Below are positions 1 to 10,381 of a DNA stretch of 64,000 nucleotides, in pieces. The stretch covers positions 448,001-512,000 of the forward strand of contig CAVSGO010000005.1 in NCBI GenBank assembly GCA_963727525.1, given 5' to 3'. The DNA is from an uncultured bacterium. GTDB lineage: Bacteria > Krumholzibacteriota > Krumholzibacteriia > LZORAL124-64-63. The number at the start of each line of letters is the position of its first letter. Position 1 is the first letter of the stretch. The notes below the pieces were generated by a model. The model was not told the DNA's origin, searched no databases, and saw only the letters and a list, made by a program, of their open reading frames with translations. The position numbers were made by a program, and so were the translations under genes.

Positions 1-140
1 TCGTCACCTCGCCCACGTTCTCGAGTTTCCATCTGATCATCGCCGGCGTTCTGCTGCTGGTGATCGTACTCTTCGCGCCGGGCGGCTTCGTCGGCTGGCT
101 GCACGAGCGCTGGCCCGTGACGCGGAAGGTGCTGGAGTGA
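1..140 (+). CDS. livM: Branched-chain amino acid ABC transporter permease, 3' end (partial)
   Basis: Frame from base 3 reads ...[24 protein letters not shown]...KVLE*, a typical LivM C-terminus. The stop overlaps the livG start (GTGA). Confidence 0.8.
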   Translation, partial: VTSPTFSSFHLIIAGVLLLVIVLFAPGGFVGWLHERWPVTRKVLE

Positions 141-892
141 CGCGCCTGCTCGAGGTCCGTGGCCTGCACAAGCGCTTCGGCGGCGTGCACGCCGTCGACG
201 ATGTCAGCCTCGAGCTGGACAGGGGCGAGATCCTGGGACTGATCGGTCCCAATGGCGCAGGCAAGACAACGCTCTTCAATCTGATCAATGGCGCGATCCC
301 GCCCGACGAAGGCCGGGTCATCATCGAGGGCCAGGATGTCACCGGCCGTCCATCCTACGATATCGTGGCGCGCGGCCTGGCGCGCACCCACCAGATCGTG
401 CGACCCCTGCGCGAGATGACCGTGCGGGACAACATCGTGGTCGGGGCGTGCTTCGGTGCCGAGCGCCTCGGCCTGCCCGCGGCACGCGGGCGCGCCGATG
501 AGGTGATGCACGCGGTCGGCCTCTACGATCGCCGCGACGTGCTGGCGCGCCAGCTCACCCTGGGCGGCAAGAAGCGCCTGGAGGTGGCCCGCGCGCTTGC
601 GGGCCAGCCGCGGCTGCTCCTGCTGGACGAGGTGCTCGCCGGGTTGAATCCCACCGAGATCGGCGGCATGATCGAAGTCATCCGCAAGATTCGCGACGAA
701 CGTGGCCTGGGTATCCTGATCATCGAGCATCTCATGCAGGCGATCATGAACCTCTCGGACCGGATCCTGGTGCTGAACTTCGGCGCGGTGCTCGCCTCGG
801 GTACGCCCGCCGAGATCTCCCATGATCCGGCCGTTGTCACCGCATACCTGGGTGATCCCGAACTCGCGGAGAAACTGATGGAGCGCAAGTGA
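137..892 (+). CDS. livG: Branched-chain amino acid ABC transporter ATP-binding protein
   Basis: Walker [19 protein letters not shown], and C-terminal [10 protein letters not shown] motif. Confidence 0.93.
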   Translation: MTRLLEVRGLHKRFGGVHAVDDVSLELDRGEILGLIGPNGAGKTTLFNLINGAIPPDEGRVIIEGQDVTGRPSYDIVARGLARTHQIVRPLREMTVRDNIVVGACFGAERLGLPAARGRADEVMHAVGLYDRRDVLARQLTLGGKKRLEVARALAGQPRLLLLDEVLAGLNPTEIGGMIEVIRKIRDERGLGILIIEHLMQAIMNLSDRILVLNFGAVLASGTPAEISHDPAVVTAYLGDPELAEKLMERK

Positions 893-1605
893 GCGACACG
901 GTTCTCAGCGTCGAGGCACTCGAAGCCGGTTACGGCGAGGTGCAGATCCTGTGGGGCATCTCGCTGCTGGTCGCCAGCGGCCAGCTGACGACCATTGTCG
1001 GAGCCAACGGCGCCGGCAAGACGACCACGCTGCGCAGCATCGCCGGCACCTTGCGGCCGACCGGTGGGCGCATCACCTTCGAGGGCCAGGACATCACGCG
1101 CCTGTCCGCGCACGAGAAGGCCGACCGCGGCATCGTTCTGGTGCCCGAGGGTCGGCAACTCTTCGCCGACATGACCGTGGCCGAGAACCTGGAGATGGGG
1201 GCCTACGCGCGGCGCGCGCACGCCCACCTCGCGCGCAATCGCGACCGAGTCTGCGAGACGTTTCCACGGCTGAAGGAGCGCCTGCGCCAGAAGGCGGGCA
1301 CCCTCTCAGGCGGCGAGCAGCAGATGCTGGCGCTGGCGCGCGGCCTGATGGCCGGGCCCGAGGTCCTGATGATCGACGAGATGTCGGTGGGTCTGGCGCC
1401 CGTGCTCGCGCAGCAGCTCTTCCAGACGCTGAAGGACCTGCGCGACGGCGGCCTGACCGTGCTCCTGGTCGAGCAGAACGTGCATCTGGCCCTCGCACTG
1501 GCCGATCACGCCTACGTGATGGCCGAGGGCAGGGTGTCGATGGACGGACCAGCGCGCGAGATCGCCGGCCGCGACGAGGTCCGCCGCACTTACCTCGGTC
1601 TCTAG
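889..1605 (+). CDS. livF: Branched-chain amino acid ABC transporter ATP-binding protein
   Basis: GANGAGKTT, VPEGRQLF, LSGGEQQML, VEQN, ends YLGL; coupled to livG. Confidence 0.93.
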   Translation: MSDTVLSVEALEAGYGEVQILWGISLLVASGQLTTIVGANGAGKTTTLRSIAGTLRPTGGRITFEGQDITRLSAHEKADRGIVLVPEGRQLFADMTVAENLEMGAYARRAHAHLARNRDRVCETFPRLKERLRQKAGTLSGGEQQMLALARGLMAGPEVLMIDEMSVGLAPVLAQQLFQTLKDLRDGGLTVLLVEQNVHLALALADHAYVMAEGRVSMDGPAREIAGRDEVRRTYLGL

Positions 1606-1699
1606 CGCTTCAATCCATGCCGGAGCACGATCTTCAGCAGCGAGCCGTGGTCGGCAAGACCCCAGCAGGGACAGGAGCTCGATCGGCGGATCTGCAGCG

Positions 1700-2037
1700 G
1701 GGACCTCACCGGAAGCCCCGCGATCCCGTGATCGATCATCCGTGGCCGGTCCTCGTTGCTGGGCACATGACCGAAACGGAAACCGTGCTCCTGGACGAAA
1801 TCTCTCATCCCCCGCAGCGACTGCAGCCGCGTGCACTGCCCCGGCTGGCGGGTGGGCGAGCAAGCCGGAGACCTCAGGAATCCGCATGGCGTGGCGTCCC
1901 GGCCCGCTGTCGCGCAGGTAACCCTCAGGATGCTTGGTCACCCTCTTGGTCGCGTTCTGGCTGAAGGCCTGCAGTGGGCGCCACACAAGGGACCGGACCA
2001 GGTATCCCTTGAGGAGGGCTTCGTAGTCTCGCTTCAT
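1700..2037 (-). pseudogene. Degraded AAA_14/DUF4143-type ATPase remnant
   Basis: Fragments MKRDYEALL, LVWRPLQAFSQNATKRVTKHPEGYLRDSG...LLAHP and, in another frame, RDFVQEHGFRFG...RPRMIDHGIAGLP resemble the N-terminus, DUF4143 segment and C-terminus of this family. No P-loop remains. Confidence 0.6.
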
Positions 2038-2055
2038 GGGGGATAGACAAAAAAA

Positions 2056-2754
2056 CTACGTTTTCGGAACCGGTCTCCCCCGTGCGCCGGCTCGGTCCTG
2101 ATCCGCCACCGCGGCCACGAAGGCGGTCAGCTTCACCGGATCCAGAGCACCGTCGGTCCTGACCCCGGAACAGACGTCCACACCGAACGGCGCGGTGGTG
2201 GCCATCGCGGCGGCGACGTTGTCCGGTCGTAATCCACCGGCCACAAGGACCGGCACCGCCCCAGCCTGCACGATGCACCGGCTGAGCGCCCAGTCGTGCA
2301 CGCGCCCGGTGCCGCCGAGCTCGCGCACCGCGGCGCCTGGCCGGCCGGAATCCAGGAGCAGCGCATCCACGAATGGGGCGCAGCGTGACGCCTGCCCGAG
2401 TGCGCTCTCGTCCGCCACGTGGATCGCCTGCACGATCTTCACGGCGGGACAGCGATCGCGCAGGGCGCGGTACGTGGCCTCGGGCACGGTATCGACGAGT
2501 TGCACGACGCCCGTCCGACACATCAGGACGTGTTCGACGACGTCGTCGGGCGCGGTCCGACACGTGAGCAGGAACGTCGCCACCGGCGGTGGCACCAGGT
2601 CGGCAATCGTCGCGATGAGCCCGTCAGGGATGGGGCCCGGTCCGCTCGGCATCGCCGACACGAGCCCGATTGCGTCGGCACCCGCGTCGATGGCCAGACG
2701 CGCCTCCTCGACGCTCATGATGCAGCAGATCTTGATGCGGGTTCGTCGGAACAT
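2056..2754 (-). CDS. trpF: Phosphoribosylanthranilate isomerase
   Basis: RIKICCI...GADAIGLV, VVQL, LLLDSG...GGTGRVHDW, AGGLRPDNV, GVDVCSGV. Start re-assigned to ATG 2754 (MFRRTRIK). Confidence 0.88.
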   Translation of the reverse strand: MFRRTRIKICCIMSVEEARLAIDAGADAIGLVSAMPSGPGPIPDGLIATIADLVPPPVATFLLTCRTAPDDVVEHVLMCRTGVVQLVDTVPEATYRALRDRCPAVKIVQAIHVADESALGQASRCAPFVDALLLDSGRPGAAVRELGGTGRVHDWALSRCIVQAGAVPVLVAGGLRPDNVAAAMATTAPFGVDVCSGVRTDGALDPVKLTAFVAAVADQDRAGARGRPVPKT

Positions 2755-2929
2755 GGCGACGATTCTAGCACGCGGGAGCGCACCTGTCCCGCCCGGCTCC
2801 GCACTGGGCCGAACCGCCCGAGCGGTGATTTCAAGGCCAGGTTCGGTCCCAACCTTGCCGGCGTCGTCGCACTGATCACTGAGGGCACCACGTTGACCCC
2901 GGCCACGTCCTGACCGGGCGCACCGCCGT

Positions 2930-3271
2930 CTACTTCGGCGGCCACAGGTAGAGCCAGGTCGGATCCTCGCCGGCATCGACGGCGGCGATCGCCTCCTGGA
3001 TAACGCGGCCGAACGTGTCATGCACGTCGACGTCCGCCACGGAGCGCCAGCACGCGCCGGCCTCGTCGTGAGCTCCGGCCATCCAGCGGCACAACCCGTA
3101 GAAGTAGGCGTTGACGAGGCGACCATGCGGTCGCTCGTCTTCCATCAAACGAGCGAAAATCTCCTCTGCTTCCTTGCGGTGTCCTCGTTGCATGAGGACG
3201 ACGCCGAGCGTGTTGTCCTCCTCCGCACCGCCACTGAGCGGTTCTTGATGGCGTTGTACCTGTGTCGCCAT
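2930..3271 (-). CDS. Small TPR-like hypothetical protein (possibly chimeric or truncated)
   Basis: NTLGVVLMQRGHRKEAEEIF and YFYGLCRWMAGAHDEA are TPR-like helices; AAGGA ribosome binding site upstream. Confidence 0.55.
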   Translation of the reverse strand: MATQVQRHQEPLSGGAEEDNTLGVVLMQRGHRKEAEEIFARLMEDERPHGRLVNAYFYGLCRWMAGAHDEAGACWRSVADVDVHDTFGRVIQEAIAAVDAGEDPTWLYLWPPK

Positions 3272-3390
3272 AATTTTTGTTCCTTAAAACCAGTAAACCA
3301 GTTGAAATTTTGTGATGAACTAATTATTCATCATCTTTTGGCAATTCATCGAAGGCATGTATACATTCCCTACAAATCAATATCTATCTG

Positions 3391-3417
3391 CAGGGAGCGT
3401 ATGTATGCGCTCCCCTG
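3391..3417 (-). terminator. Stem-loop just downstream of the VOC gene
   Basis: GGGAGCG-TATGTATG-CGCTCCC inverted repeat about 10 bp after the stop at 3428. Confidence 0.55.
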
Positions 3418-3427
3418 AAGCCAGAAT

Positions 3428-4129
3428 TCAATGAAAATTCTTTGCGACCCGCCCGATGATGGTGCAAACCGTATCCGGCAGAGTCAACACACTGTCTTCA
3501 TGGGTATGGTCGATAACCACCGTCATTGGATTGTTGCCCGCAGGGACGCTGGTATTCGGAAACCATTCGCGCCCTGCTGTAACGACAATTAACAAGCCGT
3601 CATCGTTCCCCATCGCGGTAAAATCGTCATTATCCAGCCCATCAAACACCGGCACATCAAACGCCGCGCTGATTTCGTACACCGCGTTTTTAACATCCGG
3701 CACGCCCATACCAATTTCACTGATTGACAGCAGAGACTCCACACTGAAAGGCGAGTCGCTGGCATTCTTCAAGCGATGGCGGGCGATAAATTCGAGCACA
3801 TTGCCCGCGCTATCGTAACAATACAGACCGTGCGCCACCCACGACTCAAAATGGATGCTTCCCGCGCCGTCCGTCATCGGGATTAAATGCACGCGGTCTT
3901 TCACCCACGCTTTAGCCGCTTCAAATTGATTTTCCGGAATATTGAAGGCGACATGATAACGATGCGCGCCACCGGACACAAACCTGAGTAGGGATTCGCC
4001 GATGCGAATTTCGATGGCTTCGTCGTCGTCAGGAGCGTTCCAGCGGATATCTAAGCCGAGTGTCTTTTCGTAAAATGACGCAAGTTGAGCGAGGTCGGCG
4101 GTTTGCAGATGGAGTTCACGAATGTGCAT
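3428..4129 (-). CDS. VOC/glyoxalase-like (ring-cleaving dioxygenase fold) protein
   Basis: MHIRELHLQT...FYEKTLGL, YHVAFNIPENQF, YCYDSAGNVLEFIAR, SISEIG. Start set at ATG 4129. Sequence is visibly AT-richer than its flanks. Confidence 0.82.
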   Translation of the reverse strand: MHIRELHLQTADLAQLASFYEKTLGLDIRWNAPDDDEAIEIRIGESLLRFVSGGAHRYHVAFNIPENQFEAAKAWVKDRVHLIPMTDGAGSIHFESWVAHGLYCYDSAGNVLEFIARHRLKNASDSPFSVESLLSISEIGMGVPDVKNAVYEISAAFDVPVFDGLDNDDFTAMGNDDGLLIVVTAGREWFPNTSVPAGNNPMTVVIDHTHEDSVLTLPDTVCTIIGRVAKNFH

Positions 4130-4318
4130 TGAAGCCTGTCTCCGTGTTTGGTTTTCATGATCGTTCGCGGATTTTTCTCGATGAGTAAAGGACGATAAGA
4201 CCACGTTCTCGAAACCCCACTCCCCCATGGCGCCGGCTCGCGGGCTCGATTCTACCACATGTTCGCCGTGCGATCGCGCGGGAATCGCCCATGAACCTCT
4301 CGACACGCCAAACACGGC

Positions 4319-4552
4319 CGGCGGCTCGCTCTCCGGGTCCAGGTGGTCGAGGGTCCGCTTGATCACGGCCGAGTCCGGGATGAAGAACACGATGGTCGTC
4401 GGGCCGCCGTATCGGGGACACTGCAGGGGCCGCGCTTCGTGGATGCGCGCCGGTAGCAGTACCCAGCAGCGTGACGCCCTGGGTCGCGGCTCAGTCGCCT
4501 CCGCCAAACCCATCACCGCCCGGACGCGCTCGTGGGCATGCGGCACCGTGCC
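4319..4552 (-). mobile_element. Degenerate IS91/ISCR-family (Y2/HUH) transposase C-terminal remnant
   Basis: WVLLPARIHEARPLQCPRYGGPTTIVFFIPDSAVIKRTLDHL...EPP matches the W-x-x-L-x-x-R-I-Y-E-x-x-PL-x-CPxCGG-x-M-x-I-I-A-F-I...VIxxILxHL tail of this family; the second Cys has become Tyr. Confidence 0.65.
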
Positions 4553-4633
4553 GGCGGGCCCGGCCGTCCGAGTGACCGCCGTGCACATCTTCGCCACCGG
4601 GGCCAGCACACTGCAGTAGCGGTATCTCGAGTT

Positions 4634-5269
4634 TCAGGCCGAGGCGTCGCGGTGCATCCGCAGCTCGTCGCTGATCTCGCTGACGCCCTCGAACATGCGG
4701 CGGGCAGCGGCGACCAGGGTGTCCGTCTCGGCCGTCGCGAAGCCGACGGCGTTCATGTCGGCCTTGAACTGCCGCCACTTCGCGGGCTGATCGTCGCCGT
4801 AGGGCGCGAGGTAGCGGCCACCGCGGGTGGGTGTCAGATCGAGCGCCGGCAGCAGCTTGTCGGCGATGAATCGGTTGCCGTTGTTGCTTCCCTCGAGCAC
4901 GTAGTGGAATCCGAGCAGGGCGAGAGGATCCTCGCGCGACGCACGCACGATGTCGGCCACCAGCCGGCGCGTCGCCGGCAAGGCCGTGATCGCCGTATCC
5001 TCCACCCCCAACACCGCGAGATCGTCCCGCAAATATGGCGCCTGCATCTGCTCGTCGCGGACGGCGGCGAAGCGTGGGTCGTCGCGGTGTTCGACGAGCC
5101 GGGCCTCCAGCTCACGGTGGATGACCAGCATCTGGCCGAGCCAATCGGCAAAATCTCCGCGCGACAGCTCACCGGCCACCATCCGCTGCTGGAAACGCCG
5201 ACCCTCGGCGGTATCGTGCAGGTCGCGGGTCTCGGTGCGCAGGCGCGTCATCACGGTCGTATCGGACAT
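4634..5269 (-). CDS. Biliverdin-producing heme oxygenase family protein
   Basis: LRTETRDLHDTAE (proximal His), YVLEGSNNG motif, YGDDQPAKWRQF, ARRMF. Confidence 0.85.
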   Translation of the reverse strand: MSDTTVMTRLRTETRDLHDTAEGRRFQQRMVAGELSRGDFADWLGQMLVIHRELEARLVEHRDDPRFAAVRDEQMQAPYLRDDLAVLGVEDTAITALPATRRLVADIVRASREDPLALLGFHYVLEGSNNGNRFIADKLLPALDLTPTRGGRYLAPYGDDQPAKWRQFKADMNAVGFATAETDTLVAAARRMFEGVSEISDELRMHRDASA

Positions 5270-5537
5270 GGTCTTTCTCCTGGCGTGTCGGCATGCGGGA
5301 TTCGATATGGAAACCATAAGTCAAATGGTCCCCTTCCACCACCATAACGGGAAAGCGCCGATTGGGCTTCCGCGGCGCGCTGGGATCGGCACACGACCGG
5401 CCCGCGATCGACGACCCGGAGTCACCGGCCTTCATCCTCGCTTCATCGTCGTTTGCGATGGTATCGCCTCAGATCTGGCCGCAGCGTACGGCCGGCACTT
5501 CTCACGACGGGAAGGAGACGACGATGAAAATCTCGAG

Positions 5538-7250
<1,713 letters not shown>

Positions 7251-7476
7251 GATCGACCTTTCGTGGGTTACAACGCGTTTGCCGGCGCCATCGACGCCGA
7301 CCTCGTGGCGTTCAGTGTGCAACGTCCGGTACCCGCTGTCGAGGCCACCGATGATCGCGCACCCGCCGCGGCAAGTCGAGCCCTGGCACGTGAAGGAGAA
7401 TGCGAACAGGCCACCCGTCCGGGGAGGATCGGGGTGGACGTCGGATTGCCAGATGTCGGAACAGGCCGGCTCGGCA

Positions 7477-8331
7477 CTACCGCACCAGAATCATGCGCCG
7501 GGTCGCCGACACCCCCAGCGCCTCGATCCGGCAGAAGTAGGTCCCCGACGCCACCGCGCGCCCCGTCGCGTCGAGCCCGTCCCACTCCACCTCGTGCTCG
7601 CCAGGTGACACGACGTCTCCGTCGACCAGCACCCGGACCGACTTGCCCGACACATCGTGCACCGACAGAGTCACGCGCCCGCTCCGGATCAGGGCATACC
7701 GGATCGTCGTCCGCGGGTTGAAGGGATTCGGCCGGCACTGCTCGAGCACGACGGCTCGACGCACCGCGGCCCCGGGGACATCCGTCACACCGCCGTTGAT
7801 CGTCGCGACCGGGACGTCGACGTCGCCGGATGACGGGATCAGGGGCACCATGGCATCACCCGCCAGGTACGCCGGAAGGCCGTCGTCGATCGACTGGACC
7901 GAGGCCGGACCGAGCAGGATGCTGACCGGCACATCCTCCGCGAGGACGAACTGCCACGTCACCAGCACCACCGTCGCCGTCGACGGCAGCGGCGTCGCCA
8001 GACCCACGATGTAGTCTCCCTGCCGCGGGTCCTCGCTGTTTCCGAGGTCCACCGATTGGAACGGCCCGTCATGACCGAGCCGGGTCAACGCGCCCTCGGA
8101 TCCCGCCGGCACGTCGAGACGGTATCCCAGCTCGGCACCGCCGACGCTCGCTCCCGTCGGATTCGTGACGATCACGTAGGCGTGGAACGGAACGCCAGGC
8201 GTGCTCTCGAGGTCCGTCGACGTCGCGTCGGTATCGAAGTACACCCCTATATGATCGGGCGCAGGATCGGCGGGCACCGCGAGTGCGGCCCCGGCGACCA
8301 TGGCGCTCATGATGACGAGGACCTTGAGCAT
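7477..8331 (-). CDS. Secreted protein with beta-sandwich (cohesin-like?) domain and C-terminal FlgD-Ig/CTD-like tail
   Basis: Signal peptide MLKVLVIMSAMVAGAALA; C-terminal PNPFNPRTTIRY...VHDVSGKSVRVL...WDGLDATGRAVASGTYFCRI. Confidence 0.82.
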   Translation of the reverse strand: MLKVLVIMSAMVAGAALAVPADPAPDHIGVYFDTDATSTDLESTPGVPFHAYVIVTNPTGASVGGAELGYRLDVPAGSEGALTRLGHDGPFQSVDLGNSEDPRQGDYIVGLATPLPSTATVVLVTWQFVLAEDVPVSILLGPASVQSIDDGLPAYLAGDAMVPLIPSSGDVDVPVATINGGVTDVPGAAVRRAVVLEQCRPNPFNPRTTIRYALIRSGRVTLSVHDVSGKSVRVLVDGDVVSPGEHEVEWDGLDATGRAVASGTYFCRIEALGVSATRRMILVR

Positions 8332-8378
8332 GGGCCAGACTCCCTGGCTGGACAGCGTCGCGCTCTCCGCGCGACACG

Positions 8379-9044
8379 TCACGGGCATTCGTGAATCGGC
8401 GGAACTCCGAAGTATGTATGCTGCGCGAGAATCGCGGCATCCGCAGGAGTCCACATACCGTCGTGATTCAGATCAGCGCAATCATCGTGATTGAAGTACA
8501 GCACCGCCATGGCAAACCTATCGGTACCTGTAGGCCCGGTGGGGTTGACGGCGCCGTCGCAATCGAAATCGACGCTGGTGATATGCAGGTTCAGAGGTGT
8601 GGAACTCGTCGCACATACGGTTCCGTTGATGACCAGTTCGACCGTGGGGTCGGTCGCACAACCGCCCCCGAGGAGTGAACCCGAGAACGTGAAGACACCA
8701 TTGGCATCCGAGTCGGCATCGGCCAGGAGGGTCCGGTCGGGATCACACGTGCAGAGACCGTCGATGTGGAGCCACGCGTCCTCGAAGGGGAAATTCGAGA
8801 TGGGATTGCCGTTGTCATCCATCAGCACGGCCGAGATCGTCGCATCGACCTGGACCGCCGGTGAGCCGCGAAGCCACGCTTGCGCCAGAGAATCGCCGTC
8901 ACCATAGGGACAGATCATGAGGCACACGGGCGGGGTTCCGGTGAGGACGGCGGGGATGATCAGGCTGCACTGGACCGCCGTCGCGCGCGTTCCCGCGAAC
9001 AGGATGAGGGACGTCAGAACGATCGACGTGTATCGTGCTCTCAT
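8379..9044 (-). CDS. Secreted Cys-rich protein with dockerin/EF-hand-like Ca-binding loops
   Basis: Signal peptide; paired DFDCDGAVN and DLNHDGMWTPAD loops near the C-terminus. Confidence 0.7.
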   Translation of the reverse strand: MRARYTSIVLTSLILFAGTRATAVQCSLIIPAVLTGTPPVCLMICPYGDGDSLAQAWLRGSPAVQVDATISAVLMDDNGNPISNFPFEDAWLHIDGLCTCDPDRTLLADADSDANGVFTFSGSLLGGGCATDPTVELVINGTVCATSSTPLNLHITSVDFDCDGAVNPTGPTGTDRFAMAVLYFNHDDCADLNHDGMWTPADAAILAQHTYFGVPPIHECP

Positions 9045-9134
9045 CGGGTGGCCCCTCGGGTGTGAGGATCGACACGCCGGACACGGGGAAAACGTACTCC
9101 TATCAAAGACAGATTTCAACGGATTTAGAAGTCG

Positions 9135-9150
9135 AGGAACACAACTTGCT
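9135..9150 (+). promoter_or_regulatory. Possible sigma54 -24/-12 element
   Basis: AGGAAC-ACAAC-TTGCT has GG-N10-GC spacing and lies 46 bp upstream of ATG 9197. Confidence 0.35.
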
Positions 9151-9196
9151 CGGTCGAGCATCGCACCGCCGCCGCAATACACGAAAGGCCGGTTCC

Positions 9197-10312
9197 ATGC
9201 GCGTGCCGCTCTTGCCGATTCTCATCCTCGCCCTGGCCCTCCTCGCCGCCTGCGGCGGGGACCCGGGGTCTCCCGCCGACACCGCGACGCCCGGTTTCGA
9301 GCTGCTCACCAACCCCGAGGACGGCCCACCGGCCGGCAACCCCGACGTCACCAGTCCGGTCCCCGACGGCGCGGGCCTGGCCGACGTCTCCAGCCCCGAC
9401 CACGTGATCGGCACTGGCACGCCGGAGAGCTGCACCGCCGAGGCGTTCCTGGCGGCGGTGGCTGCCGGGGGCGTGATCGTCTTCGACGGCGGCGACCGGC
9501 CGTTCACCCTGACGCTGGGCGAACCGGCGCGTGTCTTCAACGATGCGAACCCCGACGTGGTCATCGACGGCGGCGGCCTGGTGACGCTGGACGGCCGCGG
9601 CCAGACCCGCCTCGTTTACATGAACACCTGCGATCCCGACCTGGTCTGGACCACACCCCACTGCCAGGATCAGGACAGCCCCCGCCTCGTGGTGCAGAAC
9701 CTCACCTTCATCAACGGCAACGCCATGGGAGACGTCGCGCACGACGGAGGCGGTGCCATCTGGACCCGCGGCGGACGCTTCCGCGCGGTGAACTGCCGCT
9801 TCTTCAACAACCGCTGTGCCCTCGCGGGACCCGACGTCGGCGGCGGTGCCATCCGCGCCTTCGACCAGTTCGAGGACCGGCCCGTCTATCTCGTCGATTG
9901 CACCTTCGGCGGGATGGATGGATTCGGAAACGTGGGCGCCAACGGCGGAGCAATCAGCAGCATCGGCGTGTCGTGGACCATCATCGACTGCGTCTTCGAT
10001 GGCAACCAGGCGGTGGGCAATGGCGGCAATCCCGCCGAGGCCGGCACCCCGGGCGGCGGCAGCGGCGGCGCGATCTACAACGACGGCAACACCATGTCCC
10101 TGTCGCTGGTCGGCACGCGCATCGAGTACAACCGTGTGAACGCGTACGGTGCGGCGATCTTCTTCGTGAGCAACGACCACACCGGCGACATCCGGATCGA
10201 GAATTGCGTGATCCGCGACAACCCCGGCGGATCGTGGTACCCCGCTTACCCCGGCATCTCCATGCACGCCGACACGCCCTGCGTGGTGATCGATTCCATC
10301 ATTGCGAGGTAA
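9197..10312 (+). CDS. Lipoprotein with right-handed beta-helix (pectin lyase-like/Pmp GGAI repeats)
   Basis: Lipobox LLAAC; repeated GGGAI and FxxN motifs; NLTFING. Confidence 0.85.
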   Translation: MRVPLLPILILALALLAACGGDPGSPADTATPGFELLTNPEDGPPAGNPDVTSPVPDGAGLADVSSPDHVIGTGTPESCTAEAFLAAVAAGGVIVFDGGDRPFTLTLGEPARVFNDANPDVVIDGGGLVTLDGRGQTRLVYMNTCDPDLVWTTPHCQDQDSPRLVVQNLTFINGNAMGDVAHDGGGAIWTRGGRFRAVNCRFFNNRCALAGPDVGGGAIRAFDQFEDRPVYLVDCTFGGMDGFGNVGANGGAISSIGVSWTIIDCVFDGNQAVGNGGNPAEAGTPGGGSGGAIYNDGNTMSLSLVGTRIEYNRVNAYGAAIFFVSNDHTGDIRIENCVIRDNPGGSWYPAYPGISMHADTPCVVIDSIIAR

Positions 10313-10381
10313 CACGTCGCCCGTCTTCCGTGGCGAATCACGCGCACGCCGACGCACGTCGGGACGTCGATCCGGGCGTAG

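Noticed and set aside
3428-4609. 393-aa ORF as one fusion protein
   Set aside because: In-frame read-through of a transposase remnant, spacer DNA and a separate VOC gene starting at 4129; composition changes midway.
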